A stretch of DNA of 61,333 bases, taken from NCBI GenBank assembly GCA_012797605.1, contig JAAZOT010000059.1:1-61333 (forward strand). Reading direction: 5' to 3'. Under the pieces are notes generated by a model. That model saw nothing but the letters and a program-made list of their open reading frames with translations. It searched no databases and was not told the origin of the DNA. Position numbers and translations under genes: made by a program. The stretch is from Spirochaetales bacterium (GTDB taxonomy: Bacteria; Spirochaetota; JAAYUW01). Of the stretch, positions 49,456 to 57,634 are shown piece by piece. Numbering within the stretch: the stretch's first letter is position 1; the number at the start of each line of letters is the position of its first letter.

Positions 49456-51189
49456 TTACTTAACCTTTTCATTAATGAATTTTAGTAACTGATCTTTAAA
49501 AAGTTCGGGGTCTTCAACCATAATAGAATGTCCGATATTATCAAATTCAACAAGGTAAGAATTTGGAAACTCATTTTTTGTCTCTTCAACCATATCTTTG
49601 GTTATTATTATATCTTTTTTCCCCCACATTATTAAGACTGGTTTAGTAAAATTTGTAAATTTACCCTTACAGTTAAACTTCTCTAAAGATCTTGGATGAG
49701 CTGTATAAGAAAAAGGAGCCATAAGCATCGCATCATCTGTAAGTTCATTTAAATATCCATAATCTTTAAGTTCAGGTGCAATTGCAGATAAAGCCTTATA
49801 CATAAGATCCCTACTTGTCTTATACATCTCTATTATTGGATAATGCTCTTCAGGTGTTTTAAGTCCTGTTACAGAACTGCTATCAACTAATACAACGGCT
49901 TTGGGGACATTTGGGAATTTACTTATAAATGAAATCACGATAGCACCACCAAGGCTATGCCCTACAATTATTGGGGAAATTAATGCTAGTTTATCGATAA
50001 TTTTTTTCAAAATATTTGAATAATCATCTATCTCAGCCGTATTCATATGTGAAGACCTTCCAAAGTTAGGTAAATCAACAGCATAAACTTTATGATTTGG
50101 AATATCCATAACTTTTTTCCACCATCTTGAAGATCCCGTATTACCATGAATGTATAATATCGCTTCTCCTTCACCTTTTTCTACATAGAATATTTTCAAA
50201 CCATCAACCTCTATAAATTTACCGTCCATAATCTTTCTCCTTTGAAAGTATTTAATAATTGCAATATATGGTCTTTGTAAATATTTATGATATACTGTTA
50301 TTAAACCCCAAGAGATACCTTGAGGAAAGAACAATGTAAAAAAGATTAGCAGTAGACCAATTATAACCGATAACCAAGGTCCAAAACCACGGCTAAAGAA
50401 AAATCTTAACCCTATTATAATAATAGCACCAGCTAGGCTTTCATCTAAAGAGGCAAGGCCACCTATCATGATCATTGCAAGTAAATCTAAAGATCGCGAA
50501 AGGCCAAAATCTGAAGCTCTGATATAACCTACACAATGAGCATATAAAGCACCAGCTATTCCACTAAAAAATGCACTTATCATGAAAGCTGAAAGTTTAG
50601 ATAGGGAAGTATTTGTTCCAAATGATATAGCGACTATTTCCTGATCCCTCACCATCTTCCACTTTATACCAGAAGGCCCTTCAACAATATTTTTTAATAT
50701 AATTAAAGAAATAGAAAAAACAAAAAGTACTGTTAAATATGAGTAGAATTCGGAACTTGAAATCTTTGGAATACTTCTTATTCCATCGTGAGCTCCAAAA
50801 TATGGCATAACTGATATTAATTGTTCTATTACTACACCAAAAGCCATAGTTGCTATTGCAAGATAGAAACCTTTCATTCTAAGAGAAGGAAATCCAATTA
50901 TAAGTCCAAAAATTGAAGCAAAAATACCTGAAATTAAAATAGTTGTATATATTGGAAAACCAAGCTTCATTGAAAGTATAGCACTGGTGTATGCTCCAAT
51001 AGACATAAAAGCAGCATTACCGATAGAAACCTGCCCCGCATAACCAGTTAATATATTTAATCCCATCGCTGCTATTGTAAAAATAATTATCTGAGTAAGT
51101 ATTATCAAAATAAAACTTTGATTTATGAAAATCAAACCTAAGATTATACCAATAATAAAATATATTATACTATTTTTAATCCAAGACAT
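49456..51189 (-). CDS. LivM-type ABC permease fused to a C-terminal alpha/beta hydrolase
   Basis: N-terminal part: GLNILTGYAGQVSIGNAAFMSIGAY, LRMKGFYLAIATMAFG, GIAGALYA. C-terminal part: IHGN, DLPNFGRS, GHSLGG, WGKKD, GHS. No stop between the domains. Likely start ATG 51189. Confidence 0.9.
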   Translation of the reverse strand: MSWIKNSIIYFIIGIILGLIFINQSFILIILTQIIIFTIAAMGLNILTGYAGQVSIGNAAFMSIGAYTSAILSMKLGFPIYTTILISGIFASIFGLIIGFPSLRMKGFYLAIATMAFGVVIEQLISVMPYFGAHDGIRSIPKISSSEFYSYLTVLFVFSISLIILKNIVEGPSGIKWKMVRDQEIVAISFGTNTSLSKLSAFMISAFFSGIAGALYAHCVGYIRASDFGLSRSLDLLAMIMIGGLASLDESLAGAIIIIGLRFFFSRGFGPWLSVIIGLLLIFFTLFFPQGISWGLITVYHKYLQRPYIAIIKYFQRRKIMDGKFIEVDGLKIFYVEKGEGEAILYIHGNTGSSRWWKKVMDIPNHKVYAVDLPNFGRSSHMNTAEIDDYSNILKKIIDKLALISPIIVGHSLGGAIVISFISKFPNVPKAVVLVDSSSVTGLKTPEEHYPIIEMYKTSRDLMYKALSAIAPELKDYGYLNELTDDAMLMAPFSYTAHPRSLEKFNCKGKFTNFTKPVLIMWGKKDIIITKDMVEETKNEFPNSYLVEFDNIGHSIMVEDPELFKDQLLKFINEKVK

Positions 51190-51190
51190 A

Positions 51191-52135
51191 TTAGACCTTT
51201 CCTTTAAATTTGGCTCCAAAAATACCAGTCGGTTTAATTATTAAAGTAATTATTATGATAAGAAGGATTATAGATAGCTGCAAATCTACAGAGTTAATAG
51301 TTGAAATGCCCAATTTGGTAAATAGTTGATCTAAAACCAAAATAACGATTTTTTCTAAAACACCAAGAATAAGACCACCAGCGAATGCTCCAATGAAACT
51401 TGAAAATCCACCAAAAACTGCAGCGGTAAATCCATATAATTGAAAATTAACAAGCATAATAGGATTTACAGTTGTTTTCGGAGCAACTAAAAATCCAGCA
51501 AAGACCGCAGTAGATATGCCTAAAGCCCAAGCTAAACTATCCGCAAAATTGACATTTATACCGACTACTTTAGCTCCAATTTCATCTTCAGATCTTGCTA
51601 TAAGAGCAAGTCCCGGTTTAGTTAACCTAGAAAATAATATTATCAATATGGATAGTGAAACTGCAACTAAAAAATTAGCAAAATCATTTGTCGGTATAAT
51701 TAAAGGGAAATTATTTGGATTTAATTTCTGCGGTAGATAGATCAATTTTGGGGGAAATGAAAAAATATCCTTAAAAAGAAGAGGCTGAGTTCCCCATATT
51801 ATTAAAGCAATTCCTTCAAAAATGAGAAGCACCCCAAGGGTAATTATCAACATTGAACTATGTGAAAGACCTTTTACCTTTTTCATTAAAATCTTATCCA
51901 TAAAAATACCAAGAATAGCTCCAAAGATAAGGCCTAAAAAGATAGAAAGGAAAAGATTTTTCGTCAAAGCAAGGATTGTCCAACCAACAAAAACACCTAT
52001 CATACCAGAATTACCATGTGCGAAGTTCATAACTCCAGTCGTTCGGTATATTAAAGATAACCCAAGTCCAATAATTCCGTAAAGCGAACCAGAGAATAAC
52101 CCAAATATTATAGATTGTAAAATCCTAACAAGCAT
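51191..52135 (-). CDS. livH: LivH-type ABC permease
   Basis: GLGLSLIYRTTGVMNFAHG, IITLG, AKVVGIN, AAVFGG, KPTGIFG. Confidence 0.9.
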   Translation of the reverse strand: MLVRILQSIIFGLFSGSLYGIIGLGLSLIYRTTGVMNFAHGNSGMIGVFVGWTILALTKNLFLSIFLGLIFGAILGIFMDKILMKKVKGLSHSSMLIITLGVLLIFEGIALIIWGTQPLLFKDIFSFPPKLIYLPQKLNPNNFPLIIPTNDFANFLVAVSLSILIILFSRLTKPGLALIARSEDEIGAKVVGINVNFADSLAWALGISTAVFAGFLVAPKTTVNPIMLVNFQLYGFTAAVFGGFSSFIGAFAGGLILGVLEKIVILVLDQLFTKLGISTINSVDLQLSIILLIIIITLIIKPTGIFGAKFKGKV

Positions 52136-52144
52136 TTTTAACTC

Positions 52145-52840
52145 CTAGATACCTAAATATGCCTTTCTAACAGAATCTTCATTTAAAAGCTTTTTAGATT
52201 CTCCTTCTACTACAACCTTTCCATTTTCAAGTATATAAGCTCTATCAGCAAAGGACAAGGCTTGGTATGCGTTTTGCTCTATCAATAAAATTGATATCCC
52301 TAATTTTTTTAACTCAGCTAAGGCCACATAGACCTGATCTACAATTATTGGGGCAAGCCCCAAAGATGGTTCATCAAGCATGAGTAATTTAGGATCACCC
52401 ATTAATGCTCTCCCAATTGCAAGCATCTGTTGTTCGCCACCTGAAAGATAACCAGCAATTTGTTTTTTCCTTTCATATAATTTTGGGAAAAGATCAAATA
52501 CTATTTTCATCTGTTTTTTAGCATTTCCTCTTGAAAAAGAACCAAGTTTTAAGTTCTCTTCTACTGCTAAAGAAGGGAATATTCTTCTTCCTTCTGGGCA
52601 AAGGATCATTCCATTTTTAACTCTTTTATTATATGGTAATTTTGATATATCTTTTTCCTGATAAAAAATCATGCCTTTTGCCTCAACTATACCAGAAATA
52701 CCATATAATAAAGAGCTTTTACCTGCCCCATTAACTCCAATTACAGTGACAACTTCTTTTTCTTTTAGGCTTAGTGTGACAGATTTTACGGCTTCAATCT
52801 TTCCATAAGAAACTGAAAATTTATTTATTTCTAATATCAT
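52145..52840 (-). CDS. livF: LivF-type ABC ATP-binding protein
   Basis: GVNGAGKS, PEGRRIF, LSGGEQQMLAIGRAL, LDEPSLGLAP. Confidence 0.92.
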   Translation of the reverse strand: MILEINKFSVSYGKIEAVKSVTLSLKEKEVVTVIGVNGAGKSSLLYGISGIVEAKGMIFYQEKDISKLPYNKRVKNGMILCPEGRRIFPSLAVEENLKLGSFSRGNAKKQMKIVFDLFPKLYERKKQIAGYLSGGEQQMLAIGRALMGDPKLLMLDEPSLGLAPIIVDQVYVALAELKKLGISILLIEQNAYQALSFADRAYILENGKVVVEGESKKLLNEDSVRKAYLGI

Positions 52841-53585
52841 ATGAATTCCCTAAATATACTTTGATTACATCTTCATTTTTAGATATTTGCTCTGGCTTAT
52901 CCCTTGCTATGAATTTACCAAAATCCATAACAGTAACCAGATCTGAAATTCTCATGACGAGATTCATATCATGTTCAACCAAAAGTATAGTTATCCCCAT
53001 AGATTTTAATTTTAACAGAATGTCATCAAGTTCTTTTTTTTCATCTGTATTTAATCCAGCAGCAGGTTCATCAAGAAGTAAAAGCTTTGGGTTAACGGCT
53101 AAAGCCCTTGCGAGTTCAACCTTTTTTAATATTCCATAAGGTAATGCACCTATATATGAATTCATTCTGTTTTGAATACCAAAAATCTTTGCACTATTAA
53201 ACGCTATTTCTTCTGCTTCTTTTAAAAATCTTGAATAAGATCTAAAAACTGAAGAGAAAACATTTCCTTTATATTTATAAGTCAAAGCGGTTATAATATT
53301 ATCTTTTATTGTTTGATATGGTGAAAGTTTTAAATTCTGAAAGGTTCTGACAATTCCGTAATTTATTATCTCAAATGGCTTTTTACTAAGAATATTAATA
53401 TTTTCAAATGTAATTTCACCAGAATCAACATCAACAATTCTAGTTATCGCATTAAAAAGAGTGGTTTTCCCTGCTCCATTTGGACCTATAAGAGCGTGAA
53501 TACTGCCTTTTTCTACTAAAAGATTCATGTTATTAACGGCAACTAATCCACCAAAACTGACAGTTATATCCTTGCAGTTTAACAT
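52821..53585 (-). CDS. livG: LivG-type ABC ATP-binding protein
   Basis: FGGLVAV, GPNGAGKTT, RTFQN, LPYG, LDEPAAGL, VEHDM. GGAG RBS before ATG 53585. Confidence 0.92.
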   Translation of the reverse strand: MLNCKDITVSFGGLVAVNNMNLLVEKGSIHALIGPNGAGKTTLFNAITRIVDVDSGEITFENINILSKKPFEIINYGIVRTFQNLKLSPYQTIKDNIITALTYKYKGNVFSSVFRSYSRFLKEAEEIAFNSAKIFGIQNRMNSYIGALPYGILKKVELARALAVNPKLLLLDEPAAGLNTDEKKELDDILLKLKSMGITILLVEHDMNLVMRISDLVTVMDFGKFIARDKPEQISKNEDVIKVYLGNSYDIRNK

Positions 53586-53607
53586 TCTGTTTCTCCCAAA
53601 TTCAATT

Positions 53608-53661
53608 AAAAAAGCCACTGAAATCGCTTTTTAGATAGATTATTAAAGATTTCAGTGGCTT
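53608..53661 (-). terminator. Intra-operon hairpin after the binding-protein gene
   Basis: Perfect 14-bp inverted repeat AAGCCACTGAAATC (53612-53625) / GATTTCAGTGGCTT (53648-53661), followed by a T run on the minus strand. Confidence 0.7.
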
Positions 53662-53676
53662 AAATTTAATCATTTA

Positions 53677-54867
53677 CTAATCCATTGTAATCCAATCAAA
53701 AGCTTTTTCAAGAGTTCCGTCCTCTTTAAATCTTAAGATATACATTGTTTGGACGCCTAATCTTGCTTTGTTTCCTTTTACATTTATAGGTCCATAAGTA
53801 ATCATTGGACTTATTTTACCAATCCATTTATCCATTGACTCTAAGGCTGATATCAATTTTTCTCTTGTAAGGTTTTTACCTGCTCTATTAAGAGCTTCGG
53901 TGAAAATTTCTGCTGCAATCATACCAGCGACAGCATAAGCATTTGGAATTTCGCCAGCAAAAGTTGCTTGATAAACTTTAATAAAATGAGCATTTGGATC
54001 TGTAAAATCTACATTTACCCATGCTAAAGCTTCAACCCCATTGGCAACAGTTGCACCAGCTATTGCAGCAAATGTTGGATCCGCATTTGAGTATGTTAAA
54101 AGATAATTCTGTTTTGTTAATCCAAATTGTTTAGCCTGTTTAACAAAATTTGAAGATTGAGGAACAAATAGCATTACTATAACAGCATCGGCATTAGCCT
54201 CTGTAAGCTTTACAATATTAGATGAAAAATCTGTAGCTGTTGGTTCTATTGGTATTTCAGCTGCTAAACTCATGCCTTTTTTTGCTATAGTATTTTTTAC
54301 TGAAGCGAGTTCTTCTTTTCCATCATCTGTATTCCTATAAACAATAGCAATTCTCTTTGCTTTTTTCTGTTCAATAAGATATTTAGCAGCGATGGCACCT
54401 TCTGTTGTATAGTTTGGTTGTACACCAAAAATATATCTTTTGGGAGGTATTGTTAAAATACCAGCACCAGCTGCTTGATAGACATAAGGAACCTTTTGTG
54501 CTTCAACATAATCCATTATAGCAAGATTACCAGGAGCACCAAGACCACATACAAGAGCGAAAACTTTGTCGGATTCGACTAATCTTTTAACTTCAACAAC
54601 AGTATTTGAAGGATTAAAAGCATCATCTGCTACAATAAGGTTAATCTTCCTTCCAAAAACACCACCATTAACATTAACCCAGTTAAAATAAGCATCAAGA
54701 CCCTTCTTTACTGGTACCCCTATTGCAGCTACAGGACCAGAAAGAGCCTGAAAAGAACCGATTTTGATTTCAGTAGCTGTGATACCATTTGTATCACCAG
54801 GGTTAGCTTGAGAAAAGACGATTGTTACAGCGAGTAGAATCAAGATCGCAAGATAGATTTTTTTCAT
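53677..54867 (-). CDS. LivJ/K-like ABC substrate-binding protein (ligand unknown)
   Basis: Signal peptide without a lipobox Cys. GITATEIKIG, LSGPVA, NGGVFGRKINL..DD, LTREKLISALE. AAGGAGG RBS. Confidence 0.9.
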   Translation of the reverse strand: MKKIYLAILILLAVTIVFSQANPGDTNGITATEIKIGSFQALSGPVAAIGVPVKKGLDAYFNWVNVNGGVFGRKINLIVADDAFNPSNTVVEVKRLVESDKVFALVCGLGAPGNLAIMDYVEAQKVPYVYQAAGAGILTIPPKRYIFGVQPNYTTEGAIAAKYLIEQKKAKRIAIVYRNTDDGKEELASVKNTIAKKGMSLAAEIPIEPTATDFSSNIVKLTEANADAVIVMLFVPQSSNFVKQAKQFGLTKQNYLLTYSNADPTFAAIAGATVANGVEALAWVNVDFTDPNAHFIKVYQATFAGEIPNAYAVAGMIAAEIFTEALNRAGKNLTREKLISALESMDKWIGKISPMITYGPINVKGNKARLGVQTMYILRFKEDGTLEKAFDWITMD

Positions 54868-54905
54868 ATATCCTCCTTATCCATCTTAAAATTTTTTATT
54901 TTAAC

Positions 54906-55922
54906 TCATTCTCTGTATGTACCCCATTTTATAACAGATGCAGCCCAAACGAAACCAAGGCCAGCACCTACAAGGACAATAAACGAATTTTCCTTTATTT
55001 TCCCACTTGCAAGTCCCAGTTCAATAGATAATATTTGGTCATTTTGTCCGAGATGTCCATATTCTTCAAGGTATGTTGTCTGATTTTCTGAAAGACCCAA
55101 TTCTTGAAGTACTAAATTGTGAGCGGATCTTTTAAAATGAAGGATTGCAAGATAATCTATATCTTTTCTTTTTAAATTTCCAGATTTTTCCAAAGCATTA
55201 TCAATAACTTTAAAAAAGTTTGGTAATGTCTTTTCATTAAGTTTTTTCTTAAATTCTTCTTCATCATTTACTATGAAATGAGCTTTATTTAAATCATCTT
55301 CTTTAACAGGCCAGTTCTTTGAACCAAATACTGGAAATAGACATTCTGTAGAAAAAGAACCATCTCCTAAAAAACTGGAAGCCAAAATTATATTTTTATC
55401 TGTATTTTTCTTTAATATTGCAGCAGCGCCACAACTTCCTATATCTAACATAAATCTTGTTGAAGGTTCACTCAAATCTATTAGATCATTATTTCTATAT
55501 CCTGAAACAAGCAATACAGTATTTAAATCATCTCTTGCAATCATCATTGATTTAGCAACATCAAGCGCCATCATAAAGGAACCACACATTCCTTCCATAT
55601 CAAAGCTCCAAGCATTTTTTGCTCCTATTTTATCTACAACATAAAGTCCTGCGAGCCAGCATGGATAATCCTTATGTTGGGCTCCAAACCAGATAACTAG
55701 ATCAATCTTTTCAGAAGAAATGTTGGCTTTTTCCAATGCGATTTTCGCTGCTTGATAACCCATTTCTGCCGTTGTTTCATCTTCGTTTGCAATAGGCTTT
55801 TTTATGACACCAAATTTTTCTTTAATAACATCTTCTGGAATATCTGTTTTTAATGAAATATCTTTAGCTGTCATAAATTTCTTAGGAATATAAACCCCAG
55901 TAGATATGAGCCCTATATTCAT
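54906..55922 (-). CDS. KAS III/FabH-like protein with Cys-His-His site (PRK06840-like)
   Basis: FDMEGMCGS, DYLAILHFKRSAH, YGHLGQNDQ, VGAGLGFVWAASVIKWG. AGGTGG RBS before ATG 55922. Confidence 0.85.
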   Translation of the reverse strand: MNIGLISTGVYIPKKFMTAKDISLKTDIPEDVIKEKFGVIKKPIANEDETTAEMGYQAAKIALEKANISSEKIDLVIWFGAQHKDYPCWLAGLYVVDKIGAKNAWSFDMEGMCGSFMMALDVAKSMMIARDDLNTVLLVSGYRNNDLIDLSEPSTRFMLDIGSCGAAAILKKNTDKNIILASSFLGDGSFSTECLFPVFGSKNWPVKEDDLNKAHFIVNDEEEFKKKLNEKTLPNFFKVIDNALEKSGNLKRKDIDYLAILHFKRSAHNLVLQELGLSENQTTYLEEYGHLGQNDQILSIELGLASGKIKENSFIVLVGAGLGFVWAASVIKWGTYRE

Positions 55923-56040
55923 AATCAAACCACCTAAAATACTATTACATATATTAATAATTGAATATATTGTCCTTCAATTATTATATTTCCTCTATTA
56001 TGCCTATTATAAATAGGGACTTCTAACATTTATTATGTTA

Positions 56041-56055
56041 GAGGTGAATCATCTC
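56041..56055. promoter_or_regulatory. Candidate operator 1 (palindrome)
   Basis: GAGGTGA-A-TCATCTC (7-bp arms, 1 mismatch), downstream of a minus-strand TTGACA at 56097-56092. Confidence 0.55.
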
Positions 56056-56309
56056 TTACTTTATTCATTTAAATAAGATTTAAATTTTCCTTGTCAAGAG
56101 TTTTTTTCATTTTTTTTCATCATTTTTAATATTTTAATCTTTCCAAATGTTTATTACTATTATTTTAATTATATAATATTTATATTTTTTTATTTGGTTT
56201 TAATATTTATTTTTGTAATTTTATAAGGTTTATATCTTCATTTATATTTTTATATTATATTTATATTTTCTGCTAAATAAAAATTTTTTCATATATTTTT
56301 ATAAAATAC

Positions 56310-56337
56310 TTGAAATATTTTTGCATTATTTTATTAT
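56310..56337 (+). promoter_or_regulatory. Possible sigma70 promoter of the TetR-KASIII-CoA transferase-thiolase operon
   Basis: TTGAAA (56310-56315)-N16-TATTAT (56332-56337), just upstream of operator 2. Confidence 0.45.
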
Positions 56338-56346
56338 TAAGCTGTT

Positions 56347-56359
56347 AAGTGAATCACTT
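56347..56359. promoter_or_regulatory. Candidate operator 2 (palindrome)
   Basis: AAGTGA-A-TCACTT with perfect 6-bp arms. Shares the GTGAATCA core and TGTTA/CTTA flanks with operator 1. Confidence 0.6.
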
Positions 56360-56434
56360 CTTATTAGTACCATTATAGTCCATACAAAATTTATGATTTT
56401 AGCTATTTTATTAAGATATAAAAGGCTTAAAGCG

Positions 56435-57595
56435 ATGAAGAAAAAAAATGATGAATCTGATTCTTTCAAAAAAATTATCGACTCAGCTATTAAACTTTTT
56501 TCTAAAAATTGGTACTCCTCGATATCAATAGCTGCTATCTGCAGAAAAGCTAAAATTTCAAATGGTCTATTTTATCATTATTTTCAAAATAAAGAAGAAT
56601 TAATAAAACATATTTTAGAAAAAACTGTAAATGAAATTGAACAGCTTCTTCAAAAGATAAATGGAAATGATTTAAAAGAAAAAATAGGTAATCTTATCAA
56701 TTCTCTATATAATTACACTTCAAGTAATAAAGAATTAATAATTGTATTTAGAGAAGGACAATATAGGTATTTCGAATTTGAAAGAAAGCTTTTTCAAATA
56801 TATAATCAGGCATTAAAAAGGATATTAAATAAGGATATTCCTCTTTCTCTATACCTTTTTGTATTTGGTGGTTTAAGATGGATTTGCATTAGAAAAGCAC
56901 TTTATGGTTCAAATGTTTCTATTGAATATGCAAAACATATTATATTAGAAGGTATTTTTAATAATTTTGAATATGATTTAAATAAAGTTTTAAGTCTACC
57001 TATAAAAATGCCAGAATTAAAGTACCCAATTCAGAGCAAAGATCGACTTATCGAAGCAGGTAAAACACTTTTCGGTCAAAAGGAGTACTATGAAGTTAAT
57101 ATCCAGAATATTACAGAAAAAGCAAATCTTGCTATAGGCTCTTTTTATAAGCATTTTAAAAGTAAGGAATCCTTTTTCGAACTTTTAGTTGAAATATCAG
57201 GGAAACAAATACGACATTTTATCAATGAAAATTTAAGTGATGAATTAAACAGATTAGAAATTGAAATAAGGGGAATTTTCTTATTTTTGAATTACTTAAA
57301 ATACGATAGAAATTGCTACAATATAGTTAGAGAAGCTGAATTTGTATCAGTACAAAAGGCTAAAGAATATTATGAATCTTTCGTAAAAGGATATAAAAAA
57401 CAGAATAATTCTTTTATTTATAACCGTAATTTAGATGAAAATCCAGTTTATCTTGAAACTGTAATTGAATTTTTACTTGGTATATCGCATTACTTTGGAA
57501 TAGAATATATTTTCGATAACAGTGATATTGATCTATATCAAACATTAGACGAACTTGCGTATTTATTGAAAAATGGTCTAAAAAACGAGAAGTAA
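56435..57595 (+). CDS. Tandem double TetR/AcrR family regulator
   Basis: Two TetR HTHs: IIDSAIKLF...ICRKAKISNGLFYHYFQNKEEL and LIEAGKTLF...ITEKANLAIGSFYKHFKSKESFF. ATG 56435 preferred to TTG 56321. Confidence 0.9.
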   Translation: MKKKNDESDSFKKIIDSAIKLFSKNWYSSISIAAICRKAKISNGLFYHYFQNKEELIKHILEKTVNEIEQLLQKINGNDLKEKIGNLINSLYNYTSSNKELIIVFREGQYRYFEFERKLFQIYNQALKRILNKDIPLSLYLFVFGGLRWICIRKALYGSNVSIEYAKHIILEGIFNNFEYDLNKVLSLPIKMPELKYPIQSKDRLIEAGKTLFGQKEYYEVNIQNITEKANLAIGSFYKHFKSKESFFELLVEISGKQIRHFINENLSDELNRLEIEIRGIFLFLNYLKYDRNCYNIVREAEFVSVQKAKEYYESFVKGYKKQNNSFIYNRNLDENPVYLETVIEFLLGISHYFGIEYIFDNSDIDLYQTLDELAYLLKNGLKNEK

Positions 57596-57634
57596 AAAAA
57601 TTAAAAAAGAAAAATAAAAAAAAAGGAGTAGCAT

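Noticed and set aside
49456-54867. Literal branched-chain amino acid transporter plus fabH fatty-acid synthesis annotation
   Set aside because: The family labels fit, but the fused hydrolase, altered KAS III triads and absence of ACP/FabD nearby argue against those specific functions. The liv symbols denote family only.
56003-56044. Small hairpins (CCTATT/AATAGG, TCTAACAT/ATGTTAGA) in the leader of the C-H-H KAS III-like gene
   Set aside because: AT-rich and weak, with no recognisable riboswitch or attenuator layout.
2737-56337. Apparent preference for 16-bp -35/-10 spacers in several predicted promoters
   Set aside because: Too few hand-picked cases, with a counter-example of 18 bp upstream of prsW. 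Hexamer matches are easy to find in DNA this AT-rich.
56321-56434. 38-codon N-terminal extension of the TetR from TTG 56321
   Set aside because: It overlaps the predicted promoter and operator and has no RBS. The TetR fold begins just after ATG 56435.
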